Source: a virus (lineage: Duplodnaviria > Caudoviricetes). Taken from it: a stretch of DNA of 64,000 bases. Shown here piece by piece: positions 10,001 through 20,000 of this stretch; within the stretch, counting starts at the first letter, position 1; each line of letters begins with the position of its first letter. The translations under genes and the position numbers were made by a program. A model generated the notes under the pieces. That model ran no database searches, was not told the origin of the DNA, and saw nothing but the letters and a program-made list of their open reading frames with translations. The stretch is taken from the IMG/VR virus record IMGVR_UViG_3300021254_001514, positions 18,853 through 82,852 of that record; one strand, written 5' to 3'.

Positions 10001-12561
10001 ACAGCCTCATTATTTTTATTATCATTTATATATTTCTGTGCCTGTGCCCACGTAGTTACGTTAGCAAGTCTAATTAATTCGCCTTTTTTTTCAGTAATTG
10101 CTTTTTCCGTAGCGGCCTTTTGTTCAACGTAAATATCTTTCCAACTCTCGATTTGATCTCGTTCATTCTTTTTATTTGGAAGATATTCCTGTATTGCATT
10201 ATATGCAGAACCAAGTTCATGTAAATGATAATAATATCCTATTGAATCATCAGTAGATAAATATAAATCCTTATTTAATTGTCCACCGTCTAATAATCCT
10301 TGACTTATATAGTAATCAAAATTAAGAATAAAATCAGTTAAAGGATAATTTTCTTCACTACGACCGATTGCACAATATCCTTGTTTACCAAATTCATTAT
10401 TATTGGGTGGAACAATGACCTTTGTAACAATCTGATTAGATTGAACCGTTCTTTGAATAGATTTTAAATCAATTCCATAGATAAAACTTAGTCCAGTTTC
10501 TTCGCCTACAGTCTCTACAAAATTAATATGTTTTTGAGGTTTCCCGTTTATGTAGATGAGATTGCCGTTTTCTTCATGTTCAATAGTAAATCTAACCCAA
10601 CATTCAAAAGTCTCTGCAATAGTTTGTAGAATGTTAAAACGATTAGATTTTTCTACCGTAATACTTCTTATCTTTTCATAGTCATCGTTAAACTGCGGTT
10701 TAACATAGCTTAAATTTAACGGTTCTGTTGCTTTGTATAAATATTTTATTTCTTTCGGGTCTGTAATTTTGGACGCGGTAGTTTTAGTTTTATTATAGTA
10801 ATTATAATAAACCTTTGATACAGATTGTGTATCTAAATCACCAGGATTAATACGGACAATATTGCCATTTGCGTCCTCGCCTTCTACATATTTAAAAACT
10901 TGTATTTCTTCTATCCATAAATCGCCCCTAATTAAATTCAGTACAAAGCGAACCCCATTATCTCCGTAAGTTTCTGATCGTGGAAAAGATTTTATACAAG
11001 TTAATTCCCGTTCAACCCAGTGTGTCGCGCTATCATATGTAATTGCACCGAGTCTAAAGAATGTCTCTGACGCGCCAGCCCCACGCTGAATATACAGATT
11101 TATCCTTGGGTCAGTGCTGCTTGCAGTAACATAAGTATCGCTTGGTAAATTACCGTTGCTCTTTCTAGCTTTGTATCTAAATATATACTTTTCTCCAATA
11201 GAAATTCCATTTGGAATATAGTTAGATAATTCTTTTAAGCCAGAATTACTATACTTACCAGCATTAGGGTCTGAAGTTGACCCCATTTTTAATAATAAAT
11301 AACTTTTTGAATCTAGCCAGTCATCCGCAGTTTGTGCGCTGGACGCGCTAATCTCTGGATAAAGTTTAAAGATTGGTATGTTAGAACCTTGCTCTGCCTG
11401 CCATCCATCTGTAGTAGTAAAATCTTTATTATTTACGAAAAGATTATTAACAGAAGTTGGTGATTTAAACTCAGAACTTCTATGGCAATAAATTACGTCG
11501 TCTTTAGAAATTAATCCAGAGTATGGGTCTTGTGAACCACTAGGAGCATCTGCTGTTGCTTTATATACATAGCAATATTTATTAGTTAAAGCATCATGTA
11601 CGCATACTTGAGACTGAACAAGGCGCGAAGCCCTATATCTAAAAGAGATTCCTTCTAAGTAATAAACAGCACCAATAATAGAACCATTTACTTTGAATAC
11701 AACATACTGTACTCCATCAACTTCGGTCTTTTCCCAAGTACACCCTTCTATTTTATAATTAGTACCATTAGATACTAATTGTCCGTTTGTTTCTGTTGTA
11801 TAATTTGAACTATACACAAATTCTAAATCTATAGTTCCTGAATTATCACTGCTTTCTACTATCTTTTGAATTTCACTATAAAAAACTAAAACTGTTGAAT
11901 CTTGAGGAATAGAAAAGGTCTCTTTTGTTATTTCATCAGTTGCATTAAATTGTATTTCTGTAACAAGTTCATATACAGGCTCTTCTTTGTATTGACGAAG
12001 TATATCATTTCCTGTTTCACTAATATCCCAATCAGTGCCTTCTACTACTTTTTTACCCAGTTCTACTGCGGTGCCTTGGTTGTTTTCCAATTCCGTATCA
12101 AAAGTTAATTCAAAACCGGTTTTAGATAATTCATTAATAAAACTATCAATACAGGTATATGTAATAGATTTTCCGGCAGAGTCCTCTTGGCAATTTTTTA
12201 TTACAAAATCATACCATTTGTTGTTGAAAAGAACTTTTACTTTTCTTTCATTTACAAGATATGGAAGATACGGATTTTGTACATTCGTTTCATCATAAAC
12301 GATCTTTTTAATTTGTTGACCATTAATAGTAACATATTCATCTTCAACACTTTCTTTTTTATAGCTATAATACATTTTGAAAGTAAAGGTGTTTGTACCA
12401 TTTATATTAGATACAAGTTTTGGCTCTACTGCACGACTCCTATCATTCATAGCATTAGAACCAATTATAGCTATCTTCTTTTCTTCGTAATGTTCAGGAA
12501 CATTACCTGTTGCAGGGACTAAATAATCTTCCCATAATGATATTTCATATTTACTTGTCAT
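7003..12561 (-). CDS. Large tail protein (baseplate hub/central fibre, Tal-like; 1852 aa)
   Basis: Follows Dit. Has a hub-like N-terminus, a possible carbohydrate-binding insert, a coiled coil, and a C-terminal G/T-rich region (ANLITSGQLDT). Confidence 0.75.
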   Translation of the reverse strand: MTSKYEISLWEDYLVPATGNVPEHYEEKKIAIIGSNAMNDRSRAVEPKLVSNINGTNTFTFKMYYSYKKESVEDEYVTINGQQIKKIVYDETNVQNPYLPYLVNERKVKVLFNNKWYDFVIKNCQEDSAGKSITYTCIDSFINELSKTGFELTFDTELENNQGTAVELGKKVVEGTDWDISETGNDILRQYKEEPVYELVTEIQFNATDEITKETFSIPQDSTVLVFYSEIQKIVESSDNSGTIDLEFVYSSNYTTETNGQLVSNGTNYKIEGCTWEKTEVDGVQYVVFKVNGSIIGAVYYLEGISFRYRASRLVQSQVCVHDALTNKYCYVYKATADAPSGSQDPYSGLISKDDVIYCHRSSEFKSPTSVNNLFVNNKDFTTTDGWQAEQGSNIPIFKLYPEISASSAQTADDWLDSKSYLLLKMGSTSDPNAGKYSNSGLKELSNYIPNGISIGEKYIFRYKARKSNGNLPSDTYVTASSTDPRINLYIQRGAGASETFFRLGAITYDSATHWVERELTCIKSFPRSETYGDNGVRFVLNLIRGDLWIEEIQVFKYVEGEDANGNIVRINPGDLDTQSVSKVYYNYYNKTKTTASKITDPKEIKYLYKATEPLNLSYVKPQFNDDYEKIRSITVEKSNRFNILQTIAETFECWVRFTIEHEENGNLIYINGKPQKHINFVETVGEETGLSFIYGIDLKSIQRTVQSNQIVTKVIVPPNNNEFGKQGYCAIGRSEENYPLTDFILNFDYYISQGLLDGGQLNKDLYLSTDDSIGYYYHLHELGSAYNAIQEYLPNKKNERDQIESWKDIYVEQKAATEKAITEKKGELIRLANVTTWAQAQKYINDNKNNEAVYTKVAAIASLQDSLPFINDQITKLTSAYNKLNEDIEEKEEEQEGYSDQIKALNEKFFNKYSRFIQEGTWYSDDYEDDNLYYLDALSVAYTSSRPQVSYNISVLKLDALEEFKSKVFNLGDIGSIIDTDFFGYVYINGIKTPYKEKVLISEVTYNFDEPEKDSFKIQNYKTQFEELFQRITAQTQALQFASGQYARAANVVTTQGTIQASTLEASLQANQNLVYSAKNELVKNDSTGITVSNSQNPNYKTKVTSGGVFVTTDGGTTWTSAVNGNGVSANLITSGQLDTKEVVIIDGNYPTFRWDTEGITAYNHTESGANFGKFVRFDQYGVYGMNKALDGANYVPANEQAIWDDGRFGLTWKGFFLKSITGQGQVEISTDNDILVSQNKEVSGEVQTIDRIKIGRINDPNEATKYGMVINDADGNTVLEAKDNGELWLEDKLHIVHREDTSGGETQVYDVKIGNLGIAQGEDKAQVINSSDNFIVYEDGSIVAKEGTFSGEISASTGSIGGFTIGEKGIYSKAGEGTEDNFDPYIKIESDDGTESNQTSITVGDIVLNGTDSTIEANGGQAFSISPELAVFNNIQARGKISSVIFETDKTQVVGGVMFFKTAYKVESTDITENSGTIYLEEEYSGSVGDYIYVINSNGRNVSLGKVTSISSSSDEGHPYINAIFRSNIDSTEVFSIVSLGKDGEIVIGINSTENSIESLKSQGITISEVVAQEGTEQIPVSATFNTKAFLGNLSNLNISGVSGYGLYSSNAFLNGSLTTQIDGNNYAGINTMAPVISDKFGGEDNDGNRIIIWGGANSTTEEGIRNAAFQVTKNGSLYANKGIFEGTVRSADIEASRIHGIGENGAPGLSFFNTTNGIAFYDVDYDEDQTQTPVFIIGQTGFTANGESFISINNGAASFVGSAAELGNLYTTGDDSLHIYEDKIDSSGGAKLELNNEEIKLYKDEDTNISMTDSEISINNDKVNVEGSLSIKNKMQYKPVTNGCNLYIM

Positions 12562-12576
12562 TATTTAGTCACCTCC

Positions 12577-13920
12577 TTAATAAAATAAATAATCATACTG
12601 AACTTGTTCTATTTTTTTTGAATCATCATTTGTCGAAAGGACGCTAAAACCAGGTGGAAGTTTAAAAAAGTCTCCCGCAGTGATTAAATCATTTGCTGTA
12701 CGGACTGGAGCTTTATTAATATCACAATAATTTACTAAATTTGTTTTGGAGTCTATAGATAAATAAACATATTGCTTATTATCTTCTGGTTCAGAAAGAC
12801 ACAAAACGGGGTTAGTTTCATTTCCATAGGAACTAGTTAAAGATAAAATAGTGATTCCTTCGTATTCAAAAGTACCACCATCTTTTATTTTTGGATTACT
12901 TTCTATATTAGTATCACTAAATTGCGCCCATGTTCTTCCTAAGTGCGCAGTTAATTCAAAACAAGATTGACTACTATTATATCGGATTCCATTTAATTGT
13001 GTATAATATAATTTTCCATTAAGTATTTGGTCTTGTTGGTCAACCTCGTATTCTTCTGCATAGCAAAAAATGAATTTTGGACAAGAATATAAGGTACTTG
13101 GTGACTGTTTCGCGCGAGCCATTACTTCCTCTAAAGCAGTTTGTCCAGTTGGAATATAGAGTATTTTTAATTTAGGAATAGATTGTACTTCTTTCCTAGT
13201 TAAATCATCTTCAATAGGAAACATATACGCGCCATAAACTTGATTATAAGTATTAACTCTCATAGAAGTTGTGTTTCCAGTTCTTATTGGAATCCAAATA
13301 GTCGGATCAGCCTCTATATCCCCTGCATTGTATAATTTTATAACGCTACTATTGTGACCATCATAATCACCCTGACTGTCTAACATTGTGGTCGCGTTTT
13401 TCCACTCGTTAATATTATTCCAAGACGGAGTTCCTTCAGGATCATCCTCTGTATTTACATATTGATCTAAAAATTTATAATAAGACCGCGCATATGGATA
13501 GTAACAAATAAACTGAATAGTTCCTTCTCCTTTATACACTCTTTGCTTTGTGCCATTGACTTCTTCGTCAAAACAAAGAAAGTTAAATTGCGGCGGCGCC
13601 TGTATTTTTGCGGTATAAACCTTATAAGGCTCTTCATCAAAGATTAGCGGCCCGGTATCTTTTCCATTAAAGTGATGTCTAAATACCCGATACTGAAATT
13701 CTGTCATAGAATCGGTAGCAAAATTTATACTAAAAGTTCTATTTGTATAGTTTGAACTAAAAAAATAAGTCCCATCTCCTCCCGGAACAGCAACGGTTTT
13801 GTCTTGAAAGGCCGGTACTAAATTGCTTTGATACCTACTTCCGTTACTGACCCTAACAATACCAAATTCAGAGGAATGGTGACCATTAAACCAAAATCCA
13901 TAAAAATCCATACTCGCCAT
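12577..13920 (-). CDS. Distal tail protein (Dit) with internal insertion
   Basis: Immediately after the tape measure gene. GFWFNGHHSSEFGI..VPGGDG.YFF..R.F.I and LIFDEEPYK.Y match the Dit N-terminus. Confidence 0.8.
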   Translation of the reverse strand: MASMDFYGFWFNGHHSSEFGIVRVSNGSRYQSNLVPAFQDKTVAVPGGDGTYFFSSNYTNRTFSINFATDSMTEFQYRVFRHHFNGKDTGPLIFDEEPYKVYTAKIQAPPQFNFLCFDEEVNGTKQRVYKGEGTIQFICYYPYARSYYKFLDQYVNTEDDPEGTPSWNNINEWKNATTMLDSQGDYDGHNSSVIKLYNAGDIEADPTIWIPIRTGNTTSMRVNTYNQVYGAYMFPIEDDLTRKEVQSIPKLKILYIPTGQTALEEVMARAKQSPSTLYSCPKFIFCYAEEYEVDQQDQILNGKLYYTQLNGIRYNSSQSCFELTAHLGRTWAQFSDTNIESNPKIKDGGTFEYEGITILSLTSSYGNETNPVLCLSEPEDNKQYVYLSIDSKTNLVNYCDINKAPVRTANDLITAGDFFKLPPGFSVLSTNDDSKKIEQVQYDYLFY

Positions 13921-13980
13921 TTCTAAAACCTCCTTTACTCTCTTTTAATAAGTAGCTTTTTCTAATTTTGTATCCAAAAA

Positions 13981-14007
13981 GTTGAGGGTCTTTACAAGAC
14001 CCTCAAC
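13981..14007 (-). terminator. Hairpin terminator after tape measure gene
   Basis: GTTGAGGGTC-TTTACAA-GACCCTCAAC. Confidence 0.7.
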
Positions 14008-14017
14008 ATATAAAATA

Positions 14018-17000
14018 TTATCTAATAAATCCAATAGAAGTAGTGTTTCTATAAGCACTATCATCCTGAATCTGTTTCTTAATCTTTTCTGCTAACTGAT
14101 CTACATCGTAATCAGAACCAAGCTCAGCAGATATATCAATATCGTAATAATTATTACCACCCGCGCCAAGTGAAGATTGATTACCATTTTTATTTAAAGA
14201 GCTTAAGGTATCTATTAAAGAAATAAAGTTCTGAGTATCTTGTTGATTAAGTACAAGTTCAGGTTTTGTTTTTGTACCATCGAGCCAAGCGGGGCCTGTA
14301 AAGTCTGCGAGACCACCAGTCTTAAACAATTTATACTCTGTTGGACTACCATTTTTATCTACTTTTGCTGCTTGGAAACCAATGTTAGCTTTCTTCACGG
14401 CTTCAATTAAATCATTCGTCCAAGTCTGTTTACCAAAACTACTTAATGAGTTATATAGGTCATTATTTTTAAGTAACTTTTCGAGTTCAGAACCTATAAC
14501 GCCATTAGTAAGAGCTTGTTGAATAAGTGGTCCAACCGTATTCCATAATGTGCCATTCTCTTGGTCAATTTTTAGTTGCTCTCGCATTATTTCGATCTGA
14601 TTAGCTCTTTGCTCAGCCGCCACATCAGCCTCATCTTGCATCTGTTGCAAGGATTGGTCAATTAAAGAATCTTGATAACTCTGTCTTGATTCTTCAAGTT
14701 CTTTTTCAAGTTGAAGTATCTCTTTTTGATTTGCACCAGAAGTATCTCTTCTTAAATATTCAAGACGAGACTCTCTTTGAGCTATTTCCTCTTCAGTCTT
14801 TTCATTTTGTCTAGCCTGTCGCTCCGCTTCAACTTGTTGCCTCATATCATCAATAACTTTATCACTAGAATCTTTTATTGTGTCAGACAGGTTTTCGAGT
14901 TTATCAATCTCTTTTTCTCTTGCGGCTATAACTGCGTCAAGTACACGATCTTCTAAGCTTTTAAAAGAATCAACCATAGATTTATTTAATTCATCAATGG
15001 CATCTTGGGCTTCATTCATTCCGTCTAAGGCTTCTTCGTAATAATTTGCCTGGTCTTGAACATAGTTGTAATAGGCTTCAATAAAAGAACCTAAATCATC
15101 CGCGCCTTCAACATTTTGAACACCATGAACTTTGTTCCAGGCTAAAAACTGCTCATTATTACCAATTCTATCATTACCTATCATCATAGAATGAGTATTA
15201 AAATCATAATGAATTAAATCCATCATTTCTTTATAAGCAAATAACGGACTACCTTTTTTCGCGTTAGCTATATTTCTAAATTGAACCCTCTTTCCTTCTG
15301 CATTAACATAACTACCACCTTGCCCTTTATTTGCATTCTCAACATCTTTCTTCTTCTGATTCATTATAGCTTCTTGAAGATCTTTTTGTTTCTTCAAAGC
15401 CATTACTTCGTCTTCATAAAGCTTATAAGATTGAGCATTAGTTTGATTAGTGTCTCTAACAGTCTTTTGGAAATCCCTTTCTAATCTTTCTCTAATTTTC
15501 ATTAAAGATTCTGTTTCTTTAAGAGCATTATGTAGTTTATCATAAGGATTAGTCCAAAGAGCAGTATTTTTGTTATCTGCTGCCTCACTAGACTTTTTTC
15601 CTCCACCTCCAGTTGAGCCTGTTGGAGGGTTATAAGTAGTAGGAGTAGAAGAACCTACAGCATTAAAATGGAGCTGTTTTGGAACTCTTAATTTATAATG
15701 CTGTTTTACCATTTCCGCTACAGCACCAGCCGATTGAATATATCCTTTAGTATCTCCAACTCTACCATTACTAAGCCAGTCAACTTCAATATCTTCATAT
15801 TCAACCTGAGTATCAAAACCTGCTGCTGCCCAAACTTTAGCAAGTTCATTAGCAGACATTGTACCAGTTCTCAGCATTTCATTACATTTATCTATAAAAG
15901 ATTGAACTCCTGCGTCGACATTGGTCAAGTCCATCCCAGGCTCTAGGTCTGGTAAATCTAAGTTTTCTAATTCCCTCGAAAGTTCATTGATTTTGTTCCA
16001 GGTTTCCCTATCAGCAACGGGGTCGAATTGATCTCTAATTTGGATAGTTATATCCTTAGCCGCAGCCAATCTTAGCTGCTCTATAGCCTCCATGTCCCCT
16101 TGCGCAGCTTGCTGTAAAAGTTCCATATTTTCAGAACTTTCCCAAAAAGCGTCTGATAATGGTTCCGTTACATTTAACAACATTCCAACTGATTCCTTTA
16201 GGTCGTTAAAAACCTCGGAATCTACTGCGGAGTTGGCTTTTATTAAACCAGTGTTTTCATCAATTAAAGCGTTCCAATCTTCATAACTATCACTAATTTG
16301 TTTAAGACCTTTATTAAATTTAATATTTAAGAAAGCTACTTCCGCAGCAGTCGTGTTATCAAGTTCTTTATTAGCTTTCTTAAGCTCAGTGGCTAAATGT
16401 TCTATCTCAGAGGTATCTATATCTATCTTATTTGCCTCTTCGTACATAGTAGTTATTTGACCAAGCTCAAAAACTGCCGACTGACTACCTTTTTCTATTT
16501 CAGTATATAATTCTGCATAAGCCTCTTGAGTAACACCGGCTTGAGCCGCTTGAACTTTTAACGCTTTAACTGCTGCCTCATCGCCTTGCATACCAAGATC
16601 GGCATTTTGAGTAGCAGTATTGGTACTCTGATAAGTTAGTATTTTGCCTTCTTGTGTTGCTTTAGCTTGAGCAGCTTTATTCTCAGCATAGTTATTCATG
16701 GTTGTAAAGAGTTTGTCTAAGTAACCATGAATTTGTTCCTCTGAAAAGGAATCCGCAGAAGAATTTTGGTCTATGCCAAGTAACGTACTCAGGTCTACTC
16801 CACCCGCACGAAGGTTATCTAAATATCCCTGAAAAACGTCTTTTAATTCTTGTCCTTGAAGAGAAGCTCGATCTTCTAATCCAGAAATAACATCATGAGG
16901 AGTACCGCCTTCATAACTAAGATAAGAAGATTCTCCCAAGACCTCGGCCGCCTTGATTTGATTATCAAGCTGCTTGTTTGCTTCTTCTAATACTGCTCGT

Positions 17001-20000
17001 GTGTTTTCGTCTAAAGCAGCGGTCAGGTTTTCCATCCTTTGACCGACATATATATAGTTACCAGATAAATCTTTCTCAAAATCAGCAGCTATTTCCGGAG
17101 CAACCTTTATTAAGTTATTATATTCATCTTCTGAAAAAGTCCTGTCATGCTCACCAGTTCTAATATCTTTTTGAAGTTGACCAATCGTGCGTATTTGTTC
17201 AATAATATTGTCCATATTGAACTGTTTTACTGAATGCGCGCCAGCTTCTATAGCTTTAATGAATCCTTGCATTTCAGATTCAGCAAAGATTGATTCACCG
17301 CCAAGATCGGCTAATATATTAGGTAAATCTTCTACCTCATCAATATTCCTCGGATCTATCATATTAAGCGCGGCAGCAACTTTTTCAAGATCGCCTGCAC
17401 TTAAACCTTCTAAATAATCACTTATATTCTTTGAAGCTTCTTTTCCTGAGGCAGCGATTATATTATTGAAAAATTCACTAAAAGTTTTTACAGTACCAGC
17501 ATCAGCATTCTCTAAGCTATCTTTTATTTCTTTTGGTAAAGATTCAAGATACTTGTTTATGACTTCTAATGAATTAGTTGATGCATTTATAGCATCACTA
17601 ATTATTTGTTCGTATTCAGTACTATCTTTTATTTCATTAGTAACTTCTTTTCCTGTCAAATAAGTATAAAGTGCATCTGTATTTCCGCTAAGACTATTAA
17701 TTCTTTTTGCTTGCTCTTCATTTAATCCTAAGCCATTTTCTTTTCCATAAATACTTTTTAATAATTCTCCTTGACTACCATCTAGCGCTTTAGCAAACTC
17801 TCTTGTAGCTTCAGTAGCCTTATCCATGGCATCAAGCTTCGCAAGCTCAGCTGATATTTCTTTATCGGAAATTTCTTCAACATTACGAGCTTTTAATAAA
17901 TCATCGTAGTTGGTATACCCAAGTCGACCAGCGAGTTCGTTCTGTAGTTTTTGTCGATTCTCACCTTCATACTTACTAGTATCTACCGCATCTTCATAAG
18001 CTTTTAATCTATCAGAACTTAAAAAGTTATTTATGTATTTATTTTGTTCTTCTGTAAAATTTTCAGAACTTTCGATCTGTGCTGCGGTAGCTTTATAATA
18101 AGCTTCAAGTTTAGAATCGTTAGCTAATAATGTTTCGCCAGTTTTTCTCATGGCAGAAATCCATTCACCACCATTCTGTTTGGCGGCTTCAGCTAGTTGT
18201 TCCGTGGTTACCCCGAGCTTTTTAATTGATTCAGCATCTCCTGCTAAGGCTCTTGCAACATCTTCGTTAGTACCAAAAGCTGATGCGGTTATTGGATCAA
18301 AAAGTTCTTGTTGTTTACTAGTTAAAGCTTTATTTTGAGCTTCTATTAAGTCTCTTTGTGTAGAAATATTAATAAGTTGAGCATTTGATGCTCCTCTAGA
18401 TTGATTACTTAAAATACTTTGTACTTCTGAAGAATTTGTATCTAAGATAAGTTGGCCATTATTATTCTTAACATATTGAGCTAATTCACCATAGTTTTCA
18501 ATCAAGTCAAGAACTTGTTTATTGGTATCCTGTACAGCATTTTTCCACTCAGTAGTACCAACTGTCATTTTCTCAATGTTGGATTGAGATTCTTTCAATG
18601 AGTCAAGAGAATTCTTTAAGTCGTTATACCTTTTAGTAGCTTCTTCTGCTCCTTTCGCCGCGGCTTCCGATTTTTCTTGAACTTTCTTTAATTTTTCTTC
18701 AGGACTTTCTGATTTAAAAGCCTTAAAAGCGTTAACAAGAAGTAATCCTGCGCCCGCAGCTATTTTTAACGGTGTAGGTAATGCTTTGATCTGTGGACCA
18801 AAGGTCATAAGAGCTGTGCCGGCTTGAGAAAAAGTGTCACTAAGGGTTTGTCCAATCTTACCTACTGTTGAATCTGATTCTTTAGCAAAATGGTTTATAG
18901 CCGCGCCAACCATTGCAAGTCCTACGCCGACAGCTCGATAACTAATAGTAACCTTTTTATTTACCTGTTCTACTTGGCCACCCCAATCTCTAACGGCCTG
19001 ATTGGTACTATTTAAAGTTACTCCATATTTAGAAGCCGCCTGAACAGCACTTTCGTACCCTTTAGTTTTATAGACAGTAATGATTTCTTGTTTTTGTTCA
19101 TCAGTTAATTTACTACCCTTTGACTCCCCTTCTTTTATTTTTAATCCGCTTAAAGATTTCTTTATGGATGTCAGGGCTTCCTTTGAAGGCTCCCCTACTA
19201 GCTTTTTTGAAATTACTTTTTCTGTAGTGAAGAATTTCTTTAGACCTTCTTTAAAACCTTTTCCATAGGATTGACTATTAGTTTCTCCTGTCTCTTCTAA
19301 TTCGCTTCCTTCTTTTCCTAATTCTTTATTAACTATGCCTAAACTTTTACCGATATTACCTAATAGTTTATTACCACCAGTCTTACCAAGTTTAAAACCA
19401 CCAAAAATTAAGCCTATTCCAGCAAAACTTTTTGTCCAGCTACCACCAAACTTTCCGACCGTATCTAAAACTTTATTCAAACTGCCTATTAACTTAGTTA
19501 AAAGATCGACAACAAGTTTAATAGCCTCGTTGTTGGCTAAGGTCATTAAAAAAGTATCCCAGGCATTTTTTAACTGATTTAATTTAGTTTGTAAAGAGTC
19601 AAGTGTTTTTGCAAATTGTTCCTGAGAAGCCCCTGCTGCGTCATTAGCATAACCTAATAACTCAGTCATTCTTGAGCTATCTTGCATTAAGGCAATAAAA
19701 CGAGACTGCTGACGAGAACCGGCAGCCATTGTGGCAATATATCTTTGTTGTACTTGATCTAAGCTATCCCACTTAGATGACAGCTCAATAAAGATCTCAT
19801 CAAGTCCTTTTGCACCAGTTAGATATTCATTAAGATTAATTCCTGCGGAACGAAGAGCTTGGGAAACCTTGTTTACATCAATTTCTTGGCCTTCCTCATC
19901 TGTTCCTAACAACTCTCCTTTTGAACGAAGCTCTTTTACTTCTGAAAAACGGGCAATAACTGTTTTAAGCGCAGTACCCGCTGTTTCAGCAGACTCACGA